Assembly: GCA_036679605.1 (NCBI GenBank)
Contig: JAZDCZ010000102.1
Coordinates: 18,152-82,151, forward strand
Origin: Gemmatimonadota bacterium
GTDB taxonomy: Bacteria; Gemmatimonadota; Gemmatimonadetes; Gemmatimonadales; GWC2-71-9
Length of the DNA stretch: 64,000 bases
Reading direction: 5' to 3'
Position numbers and translations under genes: made by a program. This document shows positions 60,041-64,000 of the stretch, piece by piece (the stretch's first letter is position 1; every line of letters starts with the position of its first letter). The notes beneath the pieces are model-generated. The model was not told the DNA's origin and ran no database searches. It was given only the letters and a program-made list of their open reading frames with translations.

Positions 60041-60753
60041 GACGAGGGACGGATCTTGATGTTGCGATAGGCGACCCAGTCACCGTGATCCTGAAGACCT
60101 ATGTGCCCGCGCTCGGCACGACCGTAGCCCGGCCACTCCACGAACTTGCTGTCCGTAACAAGTTTCTCCCACTCAGGGGACCACAGCTCATACTCGACCA
60201 CCTTGGTACCGTTGAGCCAGTGCTCCACATGGGTACCGTCGACCACGATCCTCACATGATTCCACTCACCCGCCGGCTTCACCGCGCCCTCGGGCGACGG
60301 ATGTAGTCCGTAGTTGGATCCGGCAGCGGTTAGCCGCGACAGCCCGTCAGCGTGTTCGGCGTCGTCAAGCACCTGCATCTCCGGGCCGGTCTCGAAGATT
60401 CGCTCGACGTCCTCGCTGACTCGGTAGAAGACCCCACTGTTGCCGCCAACCTCGATCTTCCATTCCAGCTCCAGCTCAAAATTTTCAAACTGATCGACAC
60501 TAATGATGTCCCCTCCCCTATCCACCCGCGTGAGGGCACTGTCCACAACCTGCCAGCCATCGGGCATACTCTCTCCACGAAAACCCCGCCATCCCTCAGT
60601 CGTCCTCCCGTCAAACAGCAGTCGCCACCCAGAGGCACGTTCCTCGGCAGTCAACTCATTCATGGATGCCCGCTCTTGTCCACACGCGGCGGTCACCAGG
60701 GGGCCCGACACCAGCGCAAGGGCAAGAATACATACGGCAGTTCGATGATTCAT
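60037..60753 (-). CDS. DUF1080 (3-keto-disaccharide hydrolase family) exported protein
   Basis: [29 protein letters not shown] and GHIGLQDHG...YRNIKI motifs. Confidence 0.92.
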   Translation of the reverse strand: MNHRTAVCILALALVSGPLVTAACGQERASMNELTAEERASGWRLLFDGRTTEGWRGFRGESMPDGWQVVDSALTRVDRGGDIISVDQFENFELELEWKIEVGGNSGVFYRVSEDVERIFETGPEMQVLDDAEHADGLSRLTAAGSNYGLHPSPEGAVKPAGEWNHVRIVVDGTHVEHWLNGTKVVEYELWSPEWEKLVTDSKFVEWPGYGRAERGHIGLQDHGDWVAYRNIKIRPSS

Positions 60754-61203
60754 ACTCGTCTCACCTGAGTTGTTCCTCCTAGAATACGACTCCAAACCTC
60801 CGCCCGGAAGCACTGGTGGCGGTGTCCTAGTCGCAGGCTCATGTCCGACAGGCCTGCGTGGTTTTGGACCTGATCGCCAAAACTGGCCACAGCGTTGGCG
60901 TCCGTGGTATGGTATAGTGAATCCCGATGGCAAACACTCAGGCAGGGCCTCGACTCATTCCGGCTCTACGGCGCGCGTTGCGTCTTGTGTACGAACGCCG
61001 AGGCATCGCTGGACTCCGTGCGCTCGTCGGAACGCAGAGCGAAGCCAGCTCACTTCTCGCGGCAATGCGGAGACACTTGGGGTTAGCGGCATCGGATCTC
61101 GAAGCACTTGAGGCTTGGTGGCGGGAGGCCGCCCACGCAGCTGCCCAACGCCCGTAGCTAAGCCGCATGAGGCGGCTCATCATTAAGGCACGGACGCGTT
61201 GCT

Positions 61204-61345
61204 ACCTAACCTGCAAATGGACTTGCCGAGCACGTACGTTTCAAGGGAACTCCCCGTCTTGCCGCCGTGCGAGGTTCGGATGCGTTCGAGCCTTCGAACG
61301 CCTGGACGGGTAAGATGCTCGCAAGTCATTTGCAAATCGTTAGCC
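61204..61345 (+). mobile_element. Integron attC site (142 bp)
   Basis: ACCTAAC-TGCAAATGGACTTGCCGAGCA...TGCTCGCAAGTCATTTGCA-GTTAGCC; arms pair with two extrahelical bases. Confidence 0.9.
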
Positions 61346-61406
61346 CGCTCATCATCGAGCCAGCAGGCAATATGAACCGAAGAAGACCCGGCATTCCAAG
61401 AAAGCG

Positions 61407-62027
61407 GTGTTCACAATGCTGTCTGCCAAGCTGATCCGGTGGAGCGGCCTTCTGGCGGTGCTAGGCGGCATCCTGTGGGCCACGACATGGATTCTTGTTG
61501 CCTTCACTGCGGGTGGCACGCGAGATGTTTTCGGTCTTTCAGAACGCGGCTGGCGTACATTACTACTGAATCCTGCCATGGTTTTCTTCATGGCTGGGCT
61601 CGTAGGCTTCCATGCAAAGCAAGCTGGGCGATCGGGAAGGTTGGGCAGAAGCGGATTAGCAGTCGGCGTCGTGGGGCTCGGAACGATGATACTGGGCAAC
61701 ATAATCGAGTTTTGGGTATCGGAGCTGTTCTACGGAACCCAGCAGCCGGGCTGGCGAGTGATGGGCGTTGGATTCGTTCTCCTGCCCATCGGCCTGCTTC
61801 TTTTAGGTATTGGCACTCTGAAGGCCAGCGTATTCTCGGGCTGGCGACGAGCCGTACCGTTTGGCTTTGGCGTGATTTTAGCCTGGATTCTAGCCTTGTT
61901 GTTTCTGAGTGATGTGGCGTGGATGCTTCCGGCCTTGAGTATCGCTGCTGGCTGGGGCGTGCTGGGATGCGCGCTCTGGTTCGATGAGGACAATGGGGCA
62001 TCGCGTTCGAGTGAAGATGCGGGCTAA
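61407..62027 (+). CDS. Cassette-borne multi-pass membrane protein
   Basis: About 6 hydrophobic segments; cassette ends GTTAGCCCGC (61339) / GCGGGCTAAC (62019) are 10/10 complementary. Confidence 0.8.
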   Translation: MFTMLSAKLIRWSGLLAVLGGILWATTWILVAFTAGGTRDVFGLSERGWRTLLLNPAMVFFMAGLVGFHAKQAGRSGRLGRSGLAVGVVGLGTMILGNIIEFWVSELFYGTQQPGWRVMGVGFVLLPIGLLLLGIGTLKASVFSGWRRAVPFGFGVILAWILALLFLSDVAWMLPALSIAAGWGVLGCALWFDEDNGASRSSEDAG

Positions 62028-62081
62028 CAAGCCGCTGCAGCCGACGGCCTTCGGCCGCAGCCGAGTGGCCAGCCGTTAGGT
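62022..62081 (+). mobile_element. Integron attC site (60 bp)
   Basis: GGCTAACAAGCCGCTGCAGCCGACGGCC-TTC-GGCCGCAGCCGAGTGGC...GTTAGGT. Confidence 0.9.
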
Positions 62082-62185
62082 GGAAACGCGGGCAGCCGTC
62101 TGAATACGGTCGTGAGTCGCAACTCCTTGTTTCGCGTCCTGAAAAGGTGGATGCTGCGAGACAGCTTCCCTATAAGCGGAGTCGC

Positions 62186-63478
62186 ATGATGCGTTTATCG
62201 TCGTCCCCTTCGTACCGCCTCGCCTTTGCAACCTCCGCGGTGCTTCTCATCGGTTGTGCGGGCGACAAGGACAGAGTTCCGGCGCCTGGTGGCGCGCAAT
62301 CCCTGGCGCCCAGCCCCTACCTCTATGTCTGGGCTGGCGACGCGGACCGCATGGAAGGCCATCAGGACTTCCTCATGGTTGTCGACGCGGATCCGAGTAG
62401 CGCCACGTTTGGTGACGTGGTCACTACTGCGCCGGTCGGATCAACCGGCAATGGCCCGCACCACGCTGAGCCCGTTGCGCCGCAGGACGGGTTGCTCTTC
62501 GCGAACGGCTTCGTGGGTGACCGTACCTTCCTTTTTGATCTTACCACGCCGGCCCAGCCGGTCGTCGCGGGGGAGCTCGAAGTCCTGCCTGATTACAACT
62601 TCCTCCACAGCTTCCTGCGGATGGAGAACGGGCACGTACTCACGACGGCCCAAGAGGGCGGGCGCGACCACCCGGCCACTGTTGGTGGGCTTGTGGAGTT
62701 CGACGCGAATGGGGGGTTCGTTCAGGCTGGATCGGCGGCCGATGCGGATTTCGAAACGATTCGGCCCTACGCCATCGACCTCTTTCCGGAGATCGACCGT
62801 GTACTGAGCTCGAGCTTCTCGATGACGCTCGAACGTTCCGACAACCTCGTTCAGCTCTGGCGGCTCTCCGACCTTACGCTCTTATCTACCGTTCCTGTAC
62901 CCCAAATCGATCCGGCGAATACGCCCGCATGCTACTTCGAGGAATTCATTGAAGGAGAAGACTGCACCGCCGACCGGGTCCCCGGCCACGACCGGACGTT
63001 CGAGATCCGTCGGCTCACCAACGACTTCGCGATCCTGAATACCATGGCCTGCGGGTTTTACGGAGTTTCCGGCCTTGAGACAGGGACGCTAGAGATCGAG
63101 GTCCTCATGAACTGGCCCGACGTGGTGGGTTGCGGGGTACCGACAGTGGTAGGCGACTACTACATCATGCCCGTCTTCAGTACCGACAAGATCACGAGCG
63201 TGGACGTGTCGGACCCACGCAGGCCGGTCATCGTGGCAAGTGTTGAAGTGGGTGCAGGGTACGAGCCGCATTGGGCACAAGTCGACCCGGGGACGAATCG
63301 CTTCATCCTAACTGGAAACGGCCCGTCGGGCCCGCTGGTGCACTTATACCGTGTAGACTTGGAGACTGGTGAGATGACGTTCGACGACGCGTTCGGAGCG
63401 CTCGATATGAACCGTGACCGGTGGCCGCACGGTGTGACGGGCCCGGCGGCGCCGCATGCTGCGCTGTTCGGAAGGTAG
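62186..63478 (+). CDS. Cassette-borne lipoprotein, selenium-binding protein (SBP56)/methanethiol-oxidase-like beta-propeller
   Basis: LLIGC lipobox; YLYVWAGD...DFLMVVDADPSSATFG...GPHH; EPHW; PHAALF. Confidence 0.7.
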   Translation: MMRLSSSPSYRLAFATSAVLLIGCAGDKDRVPAPGGAQSLAPSPYLYVWAGDADRMEGHQDFLMVVDADPSSATFGDVVTTAPVGSTGNGPHHAEPVAPQDGLLFANGFVGDRTFLFDLTTPAQPVVAGELEVLPDYNFLHSFLRMENGHVLTTAQEGGRDHPATVGGLVEFDANGGFVQAGSAADADFETIRPYAIDLFPEIDRVLSSSFSMTLERSDNLVQLWRLSDLTLLSTVPVPQIDPANTPACYFEEFIEGEDCTADRVPGHDRTFEIRRLTNDFAILNTMACGFYGVSGLETGTLEIEVLMNWPDVVGCGVPTVVGDYYIMPVFSTDKITSVDVSDPRRPVIVASVEVGAGYEPHWAQVDPGTNRFILTGNGPSGPLVHLYRVDLETGEMTFDDAFGALDMNRDRWPHGVTGPAAPHAALFGR

Positions 63479-63517
63479 ATCGGGTCGTCGGCCGAACGTC
63501 GGGCATCGTTTCCACCT

Positions 63518-63893
63518 AACACCATTAAGAAGTTTCTTGTCAAGAGGGGTATGGTCTCCCTGGCGGCGGACCTTGGTTCGCCGCCAGGCGTTTGCTGCCA
63601 ATTATTTCCTGCTGCAGCTTCTCGCGTGGGGACTGCCGGTAGTACCAACTCGGATCCGCCACCGACAGTGGCGTCCAGACACCATTATGGGCTCACCCGG
63701 GCCAAGATCTGCTGTAGAGAACCCGCCACGCAGCGTAGCAATCTCCCGCCCACGCCGCATCTTACCGAGTGTCCTGGTGGACCGTACGTTTGGGTTTGTT
63801 GGAGCAACCCCAAGAGGCGCTTCTTGACGGCATGAGCGCTACACGACCTCCGGAAGGATGTGAACCGGTTTCGGGAGTCGTGTATTACTAGTG
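63518..63893 (+). mobile_element. Non-coding element occupying the attC position of the SBP56-like cassette
   Basis: Starts AAC-N6-AAG-N9-GTCAAG, shares internal blocks with 43395-43425 and 45777-45798, and ends in an attI-like motif copy at 63865-63893. Confidence 0.6.
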
Positions 63894-64000
63894 GCCTGTA
63901 ACACGTGAAACAGTAGTGGGACTGATGCGGCGGCGCGGGTTTGAATAGGTCCAGCGGATCGGCCGCGGTTCGTGATTGTACCGTCGGATATAGAGCATGA

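Noticed and set aside
60927..61203. Additional cassette ORF and degenerate attC before 61204
   Set aside because: A GCCCAAC and a small hairpin are present, but there is no matching core site or recognisable product
63518..63800. Group IIC-attC intron
   Set aside because: No reverse transcriptase, no convincing domain V, and the inverse core TAAC is left intact
43378..64000. Integron integrase or transposase gene
   Set aside because: No ORF with tyrosine recombinase, DDE, DEDD or Y2 motifs in the supplied track

Overview
Bacterial window with several functional blocks and two mobile-DNA patches. The many Tat/Sec-exported enzymes, TonB-dependent receptors, and M14 and Vps10 proteins suggest a Gram-negative heterotroph such as Gemmatimonadota (inference only). 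Blocks: (1) 0.2-5.6 kb redox/iron-stress genes plus a B12-binding radical SAM enzyme. (2) 5.7-23.7 kb periplasmic hydrolases and uptake, including an unusual beta-propeller/gamma-glutamyltransferase fusion. (3) 23.8-43.4 kb combined pyrimidine (preTA, hydA, beta-ureidopropionase, mmsA) and purine (guaD, xdh, uraH, uraD, allB, allantoate amidohydrolase) catabolic cluster with no recognisable uricase. (4) 43.4-49.8 kb decaying integron-like cassette and toxin-antitoxin patch. (5) 49.8-60.8 kb cluster with the gene content of the 3-keto-glycoside (oxidation/elimination) pathway. (6) 61.2-64 kb second cassette array with clear attC sites. No integron integrase is visible. The most novel signal is a family of non-coding, non-palindromic segments of about 100-370 bp. 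They sit where attC sites should be, begin at a cassette's terminal AAC with a fixed-spacing motif (AAC-N6-AAG-N9-GTCAAG) and end in an attI-like motif (CCCGTTACGGGAGTCGCCGAATACTAGTT). All identities were counted by hand and all family calls come from motif recognition, not database searches.
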